From Oligoflexales bacterium (GTDB lineage Bacteria > Bdellovibrionota_B > Oligoflexia > Oligoflexales > JAPPIL01): DNA of 64,000 bases. Positions 18,504-27,798 of the stretch are shown piece after piece; position 1 is the first letter of the stretch; each line of letters begins with the position of its first letter. A program made the translations under genes and the position numbers. Location of the stretch: the NCBI GenBank assembly GCA_965215515.1, contig OZ244057.1:1994514-2058513 (forward strand). Reading direction: 5' to 3'. Under the pieces are notes generated by a model. The model did not search any database. It had not been told where the DNA came from and worked only from the letters and a program-made list of their open reading frames with translations.

Positions 18504-18576
18504 AGCTGGCGATGGGACTTGAACCCGCAACCTGCTGATTACAAGTCAGCTGCTCTACCAGTTGAGCTACGCCAGC
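18504..18576 (-). tRNA. tRNA-Thr (anticodon UGU)
   Basis: The reverse complement is GCTGGCGTAGCTCAACTGGTAGAGCAGCTGACTTGTAATCAGCAGGTTGCGGGTTCAAGTCCCATCGCCAGC, with anticodon loop CTTGTAA. There is one mismatch in the T stem. Confidence 0.85.
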
Positions 18577-18650
18577 CTAACAGACACAACCCCCTGCGGC
18601 TAGGAAGTCACCGAAAAGTTATGACCGAATGACAATCTCATGTCAACAAC

Positions 18651-19343
18651 TTAACTCCCAGAACAACTGTGCTGCTGCAAAAAAATCGCCGCGGCCGCCG
18701 ACACATTCAACGACTGCAACCTCCCTCGTCGCTCACTCACCCCTCCCTCAATGCACAACAGGCGATCACACTGTGCCCGTACCGCAGGCGATATCCCCCT
18801 GCCTTCCGCACCAAACACCAACACCTGCTGGGCAAAGAAACCACTGTCCCGCAAACTTTCCCCCACCATATCCGCACCCACTACCCAGAAACCACGCTTC
18901 TTTAAATTCACCAACGTGCGCGCCAAATTAGTCACCAAAAAAAGATCCAACAACGCAAAACCACCCCGCGCCGCATTAACCACCGCCGCAGTCAAACCAA
19001 CCTGCCGCCGCCGCGCCACCACCACACCCCGCACCCCAAAGAAAGCCGCCGAACGCACCACCGCACCGAGATTATGAGGATCGACAACATGATCGAGCGC
19101 TACCAACACACGGCCCAACCTGCCCGCCCCCAGCACCGCGTACAACTCACTCTCATAGCGCGGCGTAAGCCTCAACTCCGCCACCACCCTCTTGCCAGCC
19201 TGACCCCGCACCGCGACATCCCGATCCGACAAGCCACGCAAGCGCGCCACCAAACGCGGCGGACAGCCGACCTCTACCACCACCTGCGGACGATGACGTA
19301 GATACTCCGCAACATGCCGCTCGCCCTCAATGGTAAACTTCAC
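18651..19343 (-). CDS. SpoU/TrmH-family RNA 2'-O-methyltransferase (RlmB-like)
   Basis: LDHVVDPHNLGAVVRSAAFFG, VLVFGAEGRGISPAV and LQSLNVSAAAAIFL are present. The likely start is GTG 19343, which overlaps the upstream stop (GTGA). Confidence 0.8.
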   Translation of the reverse strand: MKFTIEGERHVAEYLRHRPQVVVEVGCPPRLVARLRGLSDRDVAVRGQAGKRVVAELRLTPRYESELYAVLGAGRLGRVLVALDHVVDPHNLGAVVRSAAFFGVRGVVVARRRQVGLTAAVVNAARGGFALLDLFLVTNLARTLVNLKKRGFWVVGADMVGESLRDSGFFAQQVLVFGAEGRGISPAVRAQCDRLLCIEGGVSERRGRLQSLNVSAAAAIFLQQHSCSGS

Positions 19344-20500
19344 CGCGCCGCAGAGCCGCGATACGAAGCCGTTACCCGCGTTAGCTCCCTGGCAGGCAAC
19401 AAATCCACCGCCGTCTGCAGCAAAAAACGCGTCAACATATGTATCCTGCCAGCATAAAAACACACCCGACTCGGATCAAGTACACAATGATTCGCCATAC
19501 ATGCCAACGCATGCGGAGTGATGTCAGCATTACAACCCAACACCAGCGTACGCAACCAAGGACTTGTCAACGTCGCAGAAAACTCACGCACCACTCCTAA
19601 CTCGCCCTCACAGCCATTGCGTGTAAACGCCACCGTCACCTTCTCCAATACCGCCCGATAGCTGTCCACCGCCTCCTTGAGCACAGCTAACTTCTCCTCT
19701 GCCAACAACCCCCTGTCAACAAAATCAGCCTGCAACGAACAGACATCCATCATCACCAACTCCAACAACGCCGCCATCGTATAAGGCGCACTCAAACGCG
19801 AGGCCTTCACCACCTCACGCACACTACGGTGACTCACCACCAAAGCCAACATGTCTCCATGAAAACTATCACGCCGCAACGACGTAGCCTTTTCTTCGGA
19901 AACAGTCAAAAGAGTGCCATCACCAACTGCGTGACAGAATTTTAGAAAAATTGCATTGAAGCTTTTAAAAGATTCAACGAGTTCATAACAGTCATCTACG
20001 ATAGCGAGGTTGGTTGCAGGTGGTGTGCCCCGCTGTATCCGATAGCTGACGTGTTCGTGCATGAACAGTGACCAGACGGTGCTGATAAGCTGCATCTGTA
20101 GCGCCTGCCACAGCTGAATACTGTTCATGAGACCGTGCTTGCGTATTACCTGTCCGAACTTGGTGGCAGGAGTCACCTTCATCGCTAACTCGGCCAACTG
20201 CTCGGCCGTCAGTAGGTCACGTCGTCGCAGCACTTCACCGAGACGGTCATCGCTAAGTGTCGAAGTCGCAAAACAAAAACGCCCCTGATCGAGGTAAAGG
20301 CATTTTTGCCGCTTTCCTACGTCGGCGGTAATCATGCCTGACCAGCGGTCACGGATCAAGCCCTGTAGCAGATGGCCGAACACCTGCGGCGAACTACGCC
20401 CTACATCGATGCCTGGTGCAAGTTTGTCAGCACTGTCGGTTGCTGCCAATGTAAAATCCCCCCCGTGAAGCACTAGTTCTATTCTAACAACATTTCCCAC
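19340..20500 (-). CDS. DUF4388 (PATAN-like) domain-containing protein
   Basis: The N-terminal pattern VFGHLLQGLIRDRWSGMITADVGKRQKCLYLDQGRFCFATS matches the DUF4388 signature as I remember it. The start is uncertain: GTG 20500 lies 2 nt after the upstream stop, and the maximal ORF extends to 20605. Confidence 0.55.
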   Translation of the reverse strand: MGNVVRIELVLHGGDFTLAATDSADKLAPGIDVGRSSPQVFGHLLQGLIRDRWSGMITADVGKRQKCLYLDQGRFCFATSTLSDDRLGEVLRRRDLLTAEQLAELAMKVTPATKFGQVIRKHGLMNSIQLWQALQMQLISTVWSLFMHEHVSYRIQRGTPPATNLAIVDDCYELVESFKSFNAIFLKFCHAVGDGTLLTVSEEKATSLRRDSFHGDMLALVVSHRSVREVVKASRLSAPYTMAALLELVMMDVCSLQADFVDRGLLAEEKLAVLKEAVDSYRAVLEKVTVAFTRNGCEGELGVVREFSATLTSPWLRTLVLGCNADITPHALACMANHCVLDPSRVCFYAGRIHMLTRFLLQTAVDLLPARELTRVTASYRGSAAR

Positions 20501-20501
20501 C

Positions 20502-21197
20502 TTAATCAGCAGTAATCTGCAACGGGATGCGGGCAAAAATTTTGTCGCCGCGTGCAAAACGAATTTCGTGCGACACCGCTGCGTTTGCATCGCGATAAAT
20601 ATCAAAGGTGAGGCCCTGGTATGATGTAAAGTTGACCGACACGTTGCTAATTGTCAAACGATCGTCGAGTGCAACTTGCACAGGTTCACCGTCGCGCAAA
20701 ACCAGCCGTTTGCTATCGTTGACGCGCAGCACGGCATAACGCAGCTGCGGGTCGAGCAAGCGCAAGAAGGCTTCGCCATGCACCTTAACACCACTGCCCA
20801 CGACAAACGCGTATATCTTCCCCTCGCCACGCTGGGAAAAATACGGCAGCAACTGCGTGTCTGTCTTGACCACATAGCCCTTGTCTCTGCCGTTATCGGG
20901 CGGATTCTTGAAACCGACGAAGTTGATATATTGTGCCTGCCGCCGACGATCCCGAAGCAGTGCAGCGACGACCTTTAGGGTATCGCCGCGCACGATGTCA
21001 GTCTGTGCCCCCGCCCTCAGCAAACGCCGCTCGCCGTTGACCTCGATGATCAGATAAGCAAGTTGCTGTGCGGGTGCGGCAAACCTCTCCCGCGGGGAAT
21101 ACCGCGTCGGGCTTACCCAGCTACGCCATGCGGTACAGAAAAACAAAATTAATACCCACAGTATCCTTAAAAACGGAAAAGCATGGCTTAGACGCAT
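20502..21197 (-). CDS. Hypothetical membrane-anchored or secreted protein
   Basis: The N-terminal hydrophobic segment reads FPFLRILWVLILFFCTAW. This is the first gene of a three-gene overlapping operon. I recognised no family. Confidence 0.5.
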   Translation of the reverse strand: MRLSHAFPFLRILWVLILFFCTAWRSWVSPTRYSPRERFAAPAQQLAYLIIEVNGERRLLRAGAQTDIVRGDTLKVVAALLRDRRRQAQYINFVGFKNPPDNGRDKGYVVKTDTQLLPYFSQRGEGKIYAFVVGSGVKVHGEAFLRLLDPQLRYAVLRVNDSKRLVLRDGEPVQVALDDRLTISNVSVNFTSYQGLTFDIYRDANAAVSHEIRFARGDKIFARIPLQITAD

Positions 21198-21242
21198 GAA
21201 AAAAACTTACCCTCGTGCTAGAATGGTAGCGATGACACCAAG

Positions 21243-22145
21243 ATGGCGATGGCGATGACCGATGTCTTCACCAGTGAAAATTTTACCGCATTTATTCCTG
21301 CCTTCAAAGCCCACCTCGCGATACGGGGATGTAGTGGGGCGACTGTCGACTCCTACAGCAGCGATGTGCGGTTATTTTTGCAGTTCATGCATGCCAGACA
21401 GCTGAGCAGCGAAGATCTAGATGCGAGTACTTTGCACGCCTATTGTGATTTTCTTCAGACCGACAGTGCTCGACACGAAAACTCCCAGCGTCGTAAGATA
21501 ATTGCCATTCGTCAGTTTTTCACCTTCTTGACGGACGACGCTACCCTGACCGACAACCCGTTTGAGAAAGCTATCATCCCCGTACGAGATGACACGCTGC
21601 ATTACGAGCTGCAGAGCGACAAGCTCACCCAGCTGCTAACTGCATTGGCAAAACGTGCGGACACGCAAAGTGTGCGCAACCTCGCCCTTATCAATCTGCT
21701 GGCTTTCGAGGGGCTTAAGGCTAGCGAGCTGGTCGCCTTGCGTTGGCAAGATTTCGTGCCCAGCCCCCGCGGGGCGCTGCTCCGTATCGGAGGTAACCGT
21801 CAGCGGGTCATAAACCTACAACCAGCAACCGTCGCAGGCTTACGCCAGTGGCAGCGCGTGGCGCGACAACGTCATCCTCAACTCGACACACGGCTCATGT
21901 TTGGAGGTTTCAAGGGGCCTGAAGGGGCTTTGCCGCTCGCCACCCTGACCCGTCACGGGCTGAAATTTATCCTCGCTCAGCTCGCCGTCCAAGCCGATAT
22001 TCCTTCGTTAACCCCCGCCCTGCTGCGTCACCATGCGACAAGACACATGTTGCTACAAGGCAAGAGCATCACCGACAGCATGGCACACCTCGGTCTCAGG
22101 CGCACAGGCAACGTTCGTCAACATCTCCTGCAACTTCAGCGGTGA
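21243..22145 (+). CDS. Tyrosine-recombinase (XerC/XerD)-like protein with a degenerate active site
   Basis: There is an N-terminal SAM-like core-binding pattern (YSSDVRLFLQFM, IIAIRQFFTFL). The C-terminal domain aligns to Xer box I and box II, but catalytic positions are substituted: EGLKASE (R to K), TPALLRHHATRHML (first H to A) and HLGLRRTGNVRQHLL (H to L, Y to H). Confidence 0.7.
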   Translation: MAMAMTDVFTSENFTAFIPAFKAHLAIRGCSGATVDSYSSDVRLFLQFMHARQLSSEDLDASTLHAYCDFLQTDSARHENSQRRKIIAIRQFFTFLTDDATLTDNPFEKAIIPVRDDTLHYELQSDKLTQLLTALAKRADTQSVRNLALINLLAFEGLKASELVALRWQDFVPSPRGALLRIGGNRQRVINLQPATVAGLRQWQRVARQRHPQLDTRLMFGGFKGPEGALPLATLTRHGLKFILAQLAVQADIPSLTPALLRHHATRHMLLQGKSITDSMAHLGLRRTGNVRQHLLQLQR

Positions 22146-22591
22146 ACGACGACACACACTACATGGAAACCGCCCTGCAAGCCGCCGCAGAGGCTGCGCC
22201 GCGCGGCGAAGTTCCCGTCGGTGCGGTGTTGGTGCGCCACCACAACATCATCGCAACCGCGGCAAATGCCAAAGAAACCCAACGGGATGCCACTTGCCAC
22301 GCCGAGATGCTCGCCATCCGCGCGGCTAGTCGCCACCTGCAGGCATGGCGTTTGCTCGACACTACGCTTTACGTGACCCTCGAACCGTGCTTAATGTGCA
22401 GCGGGGCGATCTATCAAGCTCGCATCGCCCGCGTCGTCTTTGCCGCCCGCGATCGACGTTACGGTGCGCTCCAGTGGATACAAGCGCGCCAGCACGAGCT
22501 GGGCAATCACCGCCTCACGTTGCAACACGGCATCTGCGCCGAGGCTAGCAGCGCACTGCTGCGTGCCTTTTTCCAGGGGAAACGTCCGTAA
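22142..22591 (+). CDS. tadA: tRNA-specific adenosine deaminase
   Basis: The CDA fold motifs CHAEMLAI and TLEPCLMCSGAI are present. The length is 149 aa. The GTG start overlaps the upstream stop. Confidence 0.9.
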   Translation: MNDDTHYMETALQAAAEAAPRGEVPVGAVLVRHHNIIATAANAKETQRDATCHAEMLAIRAASRHLQAWRLLDTTLYVTLEPCLMCSGAIYQARIARVVFAARDRRYGALQWIQARQHELGNHRLTLQHGICAEASSALLRAFFQGKRP

Positions 22592-22625
22592 CCCCGAGGC
22601 ACACCTGCAAATTCAGCGCAGCCTA

Positions 22626-23375
22626 CTAGCTCAACTTGTCTTTGAAAACCTGCAACAGATCGATCGGCAGGGGAAAAACGATCGTCGTCTTCTGATCCGA
22701 CGACATGTCGATCATACTTTGCAAGTAGCGGAGCTGCAAGGTGACAGGGTTTTTGGCAAATTGGTCAGCAGCTTCCCGCAGCTGCTCAGCGGCCTGAAAC
22801 TCACCCTTGGCGGCGATGATTTTGGCACGGCGTTCACGCTCGGCCTCGGCTTCCTTGGCCATCGCCCGCTGCATTTCGGTAGGTAAATCAACATGCTTGA
22901 CCTCGACCGAGATGACCTTGATTCCCCACGGGTCGGTGTTGGCATCGAGAATGGTTTGCAGTTTGGCGTTGATGGAGTCGCGATCGACCAGCAGTTCGTC
23001 GAGCGTGTGCTCGCCGAGGGTCGAGCGCAAATGCGTCTGTGCCAACAAGCTCGTGGCGTAGAGGTAGTTCTCGACGTTGACCAACGACTTGGTGGGATCG
23101 ACGACACGAAAGTAAAGCACTGCGTTGACCTTGAGGCTGACGTTATCGCGGCTGATGACATCCTGCGGATCGATATCCATCGTCACGGTGCGAATCGATA
23201 TTTTGACCATGCGATCGATAAAGGGGATGATCAACACCACCCCCGGCCCCTTGGGGAGGTCGAGCACGCGGCCGAGACGGAAAACCACCCCGCGTTCGTA
23301 CTCGTTGATTATCTTGATAGCATTGGCAAGAAACAGCAGCAACAACCCTATCGCTATCGGCAAACCCCAACTCAT
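22626..23375 (-). CDS. SPFH/band 7 (stomatin-like) membrane protein
   Basis: There is an N-terminal TM segment, followed by [61 protein letters not shown] and an Ala/Glu-rich coiled coil. Confidence 0.88.
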   Translation of the reverse strand: MSWGLPIAIGLLLLFLANAIKIINEYERGVVFRLGRVLDLPKGPGVVLIIPFIDRMVKISIRTVTMDIDPQDVISRDNVSLKVNAVLYFRVVDPTKSLVNVENYLYATSLLAQTHLRSTLGEHTLDELLVDRDSINAKLQTILDANTDPWGIKVISVEVKHVDLPTEMQRAMAKEAEAERERRAKIIAAKGEFQAAEQLREAADQFAKNPVTLQLRYLQSMIDMSSDQKTTIVFPLPIDLLQVFKDKLS

Positions 23376-23545
23376 CGCTCATCCCCTTGCTAATTCAACC
23401 CTCCGAGTATACGTGAAGATGTCCTGTCTTAGCAAGTTTTGTCTCACTTTATCTCTTCTCTGCTGTCCTTGCGGTACACTCCTCTCACAACAAATGCCTT
23501 AGGTAAGGCCAGCTTGTTGCCGATGCGGCAGCAGGGGGATGGGGA

Positions 23546-24052
23546 TTGAGAAGATCGAAGCGTGTAACACGGGCGTTTAGCCTTGTCGAGATGATGGTGG
23601 TGGCGGCAATCATCGGGATCCTTGCCACGCTGGCAGTGCCTAGATTCCGCGTCTTCATAGCTAGGTCACGCATGGGCGAAGCGACTCACAACCTCGGTGT
23701 CATCGATAAACTACAGAAAAGTTACAATATCCATTATCAGATGCTAGGAACAGATGATGTTTGGTATGGGGGGGGGCTTATCGGCCGCGACGGTGCTAGC
23801 AGTAAATGCGCTGATGCTGACCTGAAGAACAGCCTGGGTTTTCGGGTCGAGGACTGCTCTCTACTGCGCTACTTTTACACGGGGTCAGCTAATGCAGACA
23901 CAGCAAAAAACTCCTCAGGAGGAGGTGATGTGAATTATAGAATTTACCCTGGCTGCGATACTGGAGATGACGAATGGCAAATTAGTCGTGCCACCCGTGG
24001 CAATCCAAAGTTAGATCAAACGATAGACGTTCTCGATGGATGCAGAGAGTAG
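23546..24052 (+). CDS. Type IV pilin-like protein (prepilin-type N-terminal methylation domain)
   Basis: The N-terminus reads RAFSLVEMMVVAAIIGILATLAVPRF, a class III signal with Glu+5. The -1 residue is Ala rather than the canonical Gly. Confidence 0.75.
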   Translation: MRRSKRVTRAFSLVEMMVVAAIIGILATLAVPRFRVFIARSRMGEATHNLGVIDKLQKSYNIHYQMLGTDDVWYGGGLIGRDGASSKCADADLKNSLGFRVEDCSLLRYFYTGSANADTAKNSSGGGDVNYRIYPGCDTGDDEWQISRATRGNPKLDQTIDVLDGCRE

Positions 24053-24097
24053 AGCCATGCAGTTGCAATATCGGCCCGCTCACCCTATACTCGAGGC

Positions 24098-25543
24098 ATG
24101 AAATCAGCACCACCTGCGATAAGGATTTGGAACACGTTGACGCGGCGCAAGGAGGAACTGCGCCCGTTGGAGGACGGCCATGTGCGCATCTATGCCTGCG
24201 GGGTGACGGTCTACGACGATTGTCATGTCGGGCATGCCATGCAGGCATTAGTGTTCGACTTATTGGTTAATTTTCTGCGCAGCTGCGGCTATCGGGTCAC
24301 CTATGTGCGCAATTTTACCGATGTCGATGATAAGATTATCGCCCGCAGTCAGGAGCTAGCCATCTCGCCGCGGCAGCTCGTGGACAAGATGATCGCCGCG
24401 TGTCAGCGTGATTTCGCGGCTCTCGGTCTGACTGCCCCCGATCGAGAGCCGCGGGTATCGACACACATCGCCGAGATCATCGCCATGATTCGCACGCTCA
24501 TCGTGCGTGGTTATGCCTATGCGAGTGAGGCGGGCAATGTTTATTTCCGTGTACGGCGATTCCCCGACTATGGCAGGTTGTCCAACCGCAAGCTTGAGGA
24601 CTTACAGAGTGGCGAGCCGCACACGGACGACAAGGAGGATGTGCTCGACTTCGCCCTGTGGAAGGCTGACCAGCACGAGGGTGCAAGCTGGCCAAGCCCT
24701 TGGGGGGTGGGACGGCCAGGCTGGCACATTGAGTGCAGTGCCATGTCGGCCGCTCATCTCGGCAAAAGTTTTGACATTCACGGTGGGGGGCAGGATTTGG
24801 TTTTTCCGCACCACGAGAACGAGATTGCCCAATCCGTCTGCGCCAATGCCAGTCCTTATGCCTCGCTTTGGATGCACAGCGGTTTGGTAACGGTTGATGG
24901 CCGCAAGATGTCCAAGAGCCTGCACAATCACATCACTATCGTACGATTTCTCCAGGACTGGTCGCCAGAGGTGCTTCGTCTTGCGGTGTTGACACATCAC
25001 TATCGCTCCCAGATCGATTTCTCGTCTGCTTTTTTGCGTACCGTTCGTCGTCGTCTACTCTACTACCGTGAGACGCTGGTTTTTTTGCGCCAGGCCGTGG
25101 GCACTGCGAAGGTCAAAACTTGGGCGGCGGAGGATGATGATATGCAGGCAAACTTTACCGCCGCCCTATGCGATGATCTCAACACCCCCGCCGCGCTGGC
25201 GCAGCTGAACATCGCCTGCAAGAAAGCCAACGCCTTGCGTCGCCGCCCTGCCGCTGCCCAGGACGAAGCTGCCCGTTATCTCCAACTCATCACACGCGGC
25301 GGTGAGCTACTCGGTATTTTGCGCCGTGATCCGCAGGCATTCATCGCGGCGACCCGTCGGGAGGTGTTGCACGAGCACGGTCTTGACGAGCGGCAGGTGC
25401 AAGACATGATCGCTGCTCGTGTCGAGGCACGTCGGGCGGGAGACTATCAGCGTGCCGACATGTTGCGTGCTACCTTGCAAGCACGGGGGATTGAGCTGCA
25501 AGATACTCCTGATGGCACGACCTGGACGGTCAGCTACGGGTAA
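24098..25543 (+). CDS. cysS: Cysteinyl-tRNA synthetase
   Basis: IYACGVTVYDDCHVGHA (HIGH), WHIECSAM, GGQDLVFPHHENEIAQS and KMSKSL are present. Confidence 0.96.
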   Translation: MKSAPPAIRIWNTLTRRKEELRPLEDGHVRIYACGVTVYDDCHVGHAMQALVFDLLVNFLRSCGYRVTYVRNFTDVDDKIIARSQELAISPRQLVDKMIAACQRDFAALGLTAPDREPRVSTHIAEIIAMIRTLIVRGYAYASEAGNVYFRVRRFPDYGRLSNRKLEDLQSGEPHTDDKEDVLDFALWKADQHEGASWPSPWGVGRPGWHIECSAMSAAHLGKSFDIHGGGQDLVFPHHENEIAQSVCANASPYASLWMHSGLVTVDGRKMSKSLHNHITIVRFLQDWSPEVLRLAVLTHHYRSQIDFSSAFLRTVRRRLLYYRETLVFLRQAVGTAKVKTWAAEDDDMQANFTAALCDDLNTPAALAQLNIACKKANALRRRPAAAQDEAARYLQLITRGGELLGILRRDPQAFIAATRREVLHEHGLDERQVQDMIAARVEARRAGDYQRADMLRATLQARGIELQDTPDGTTWTVSYG

Positions 25544-25624
25544 GAACCACATAGCAGTTGCACAGGAAGCATATTCCTGTAATTACAGTATGTTGGGAAA
25601 TTTACCTGCGGAACTCAGGAGGGT

Positions 25625-27625
25625 TTATTTTATCCTAAATTTTTCGGCAATGTCTCTGAGCGTATCGCTCGGCAGGTGTGCAAGTTCTTCAGCGATAAGT
25701 TCTCTAATCTCTTTATTTTTTTCAAATAGTTGTGGCTTAATATTTGCGGCATATTTTAAGATCAGATCTAGTGTTTCAGGCTTTATCTTACCCTCCCTAA
25801 CTAACTGTAGCGTTAGAGTAATGTGGTGTTGCAGTGCAAGCGTTTCGTCGAACATGATTTGTGAGCGTTTTACTAGCGATGTCTTCTTCGCGATTCTCTT
25901 AAAAAGGTAGTGCAGGCTGTCATACAGCTCTTCTCTTTTTGTTACATCCTCATAGCCATGTAATATGACCCAGTCAGCGATGTCTTCTACTTTACTATCC
26001 AGAAATCCTCCTCCGAGCGTCGCCTTTCTTCCTATAAATTGTCCGTAAACGTGTCGTATGTGCTCTGGGGCATCAGATGTGACTCGTTGGCCTAAGGTTA
26101 AATCTACAGGTGTATCGTAGAATCCCGCTGACGCGATGTGTCCAGCATCGTGGTAGATTGTGGCTAAGGTTCGTCTGGCTTGCATGTTCTTGCTATCTAA
26201 GAAGAATGCTTGCCGCAGTTTTTGGAAAGCTTTCTGATAGCTATTTGCATCTGCATTGTTTGTTAATAGCTTTTGTGCTTCTTTTCGCAGCTTATCTGCT
26301 TCTTTTTTAAAGTCATAGTACTTCTTTCTACGCAGTAGTATGGCTCGTCGGACGGAGTCAGACTCGTTGAAGCCTGCGTCATGCAATTTTTCAGCGACTC
26401 GCAGCATTTTGTAGTGATTGAGCACTCCCGCACCATCGACTTTACTGACGGTGTGAATGCTTGTGCGGGTGGCAGTCTTTTGCAATAAGGTAACCGCTTC
26501 GTCTCGACTTAACTTTGGTAAGATACTCATGGTATCGGCAAGTGCCCTGGTAACTAGCGGCGCAGCCCCGCTGGTGCCACCGAATCTGATATGCACCCCC
26601 CCGATCTCGGTGGTCAGGTAATCATCGCTAGGGGCGAGCACAACTACTTTTTCCGACGCTTGGGAGAAGTGGCTAGTAACTCCCTCAGGGCCGACACTGC
26701 CTGTCGGGATCATTTTATCACCGAGATCGCGAATAAAGTAATCAACAGGCTCAGGAAAATTATTACCTGCACTCTTGACTATAATTGCGTTGTCGAGTCT
26801 GCGCTCTGCCGTAGAAACAAATTTTGCATACGCACCAGCTATAGTTTCTCCCTCAGCGTAGGCAAGCTCATCAGAGCGATAGGCAAGCTCATTAGAGGGA
26901 AAACGAGCAAATCGCATCGATACATTAACAATGTGGGGGGGATCTGCATCGATAGCCGCGTAAAATATATTTCCGTCTTCTGCAAGAAAATAGTTTTGCA
27001 TAATTCTACCTGCGTGACTTAATCTTCCCTTTGTGCTTCCTCCCGCGGGCATTTTGCCGAAGATCAAGTCGAGCACTGCCATGCCATGATCATCATATTC
27101 AAACCTACCTGCTTCCCTTTTAAGAGCGACCATCAGATCACTATTGTAAACTCTTGCCCGTACCGTTTTGCTCATTTCTCCAGGGTCTATGACACGATCG
27201 ATGATGCCTATCTTAGGTTCAACAAAGGCAAAACCGTCGTTTTCTAGCTTTTTTATAAACATACCTGCTTCAGGTTGCCCACACGCCTCCTGTGCCCAAA
27301 ATGTGCTAATCTTTCCCAGCTGCTGATCGGGGCGTTCGTGCTTTGCCCAAAAATCTGGGTTTTTGTACCACGCCTGATAATAGGGATGCTCGTGCGATGT
27401 CTGATAATATGGGTGTTTGTACCGTGCTGTATACCCGATTGTCCCATAGTCTTTGTCGTATAGATGCGGCAGCTTCTGATTGCCTGAGGCAACGATATGC
27501 TCGCCTGAACCACGGATATACCGCTTGATTATCTTAAATCCTTTGTACACAGCACGTGCACTAGGAGCGGTGAAAACAGGAGTAGATAACGATATAGCGA
27601 GGATAACTGTGATGACCCTAATCAT
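25625..27625 (-). CDS. Secreted subtilisin-like (S8-type) serine peptidase with a long alpha-helical C-terminal extension
   Basis: The signal peptide reads MIRVITVILAISLSTPVFTAPSARA. The D-H-N-S residues occur in subtilase order: IGIIDRVIDPG, YDDHGMAVLD, VKSAGNNFP and FGGTSGAAPLVTRAL. About 300 aa of helical C-terminal region has no recognised family. The gene is AT-rich. Confidence 0.65.
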   Translation of the reverse strand: MIRVITVILAISLSTPVFTAPSARAVYKGFKIIKRYIRGSGEHIVASGNQKLPHLYDKDYGTIGYTARYKHPYYQTSHEHPYYQAWYKNPDFWAKHERPDQQLGKISTFWAQEACGQPEAGMFIKKLENDGFAFVEPKIGIIDRVIDPGEMSKTVRARVYNSDLMVALKREAGRFEYDDHGMAVLDLIFGKMPAGGSTKGRLSHAGRIMQNYFLAEDGNIFYAAIDADPPHIVNVSMRFARFPSNELAYRSDELAYAEGETIAGAYAKFVSTAERRLDNAIIVKSAGNNFPEPVDYFIRDLGDKMIPTGSVGPEGVTSHFSQASEKVVVLAPSDDYLTTEIGGVHIRFGGTSGAAPLVTRALADTMSILPKLSRDEAVTLLQKTATRTSIHTVSKVDGAGVLNHYKMLRVAEKLHDAGFNESDSVRRAILLRRKKYYDFKKEADKLRKEAQKLLTNNADANSYQKAFQKLRQAFFLDSKNMQARRTLATIYHDAGHIASAGFYDTPVDLTLGQRVTSDAPEHIRHVYGQFIGRKATLGGGFLDSKVEDIADWVILHGYEDVTKREELYDSLHYLFKRIAKKTSLVKRSQIMFDETLALQHHITLTLQLVREGKIKPETLDLILKYAANIKPQLFEKNKEIRELIAEELAHLPSDTLRDIAEKFRIK

Positions 27626-27798
27626 GGCCTGCTCCCTTTTTATAACAGGATACTACCTGAAACAGGTATCATACTACATATAAAATCATAGTCAATCCAT
27701 ATATTATATAGATTAAACTTATTATTGTAGTATTAAGCAGTTAGTGTTGTTGGGAGGGAACTTTAGTTCTGATTTTCACACGCTCTCGCTTCGTGTGT

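Noticed and set aside
17907-18530. Several overlapping 64-182 aa ORFs with internally repeated peptides on both strands.
   Set aside because: They lie over four tRNA genes and the 95-bp tandem repeat. The repeated peptides are simply translations of the DNA repeat, and no SD or start context supports coding.
21243-22145. An integrase marking a prophage or integrative element.
   Set aside because: No flanking att-like repeats, tRNA target or phage or conjugation genes are present. The composition is similar to the neighbours and the catalytic residues are lost. I treat it as a degenerate Xer-like protein instead (see findings).
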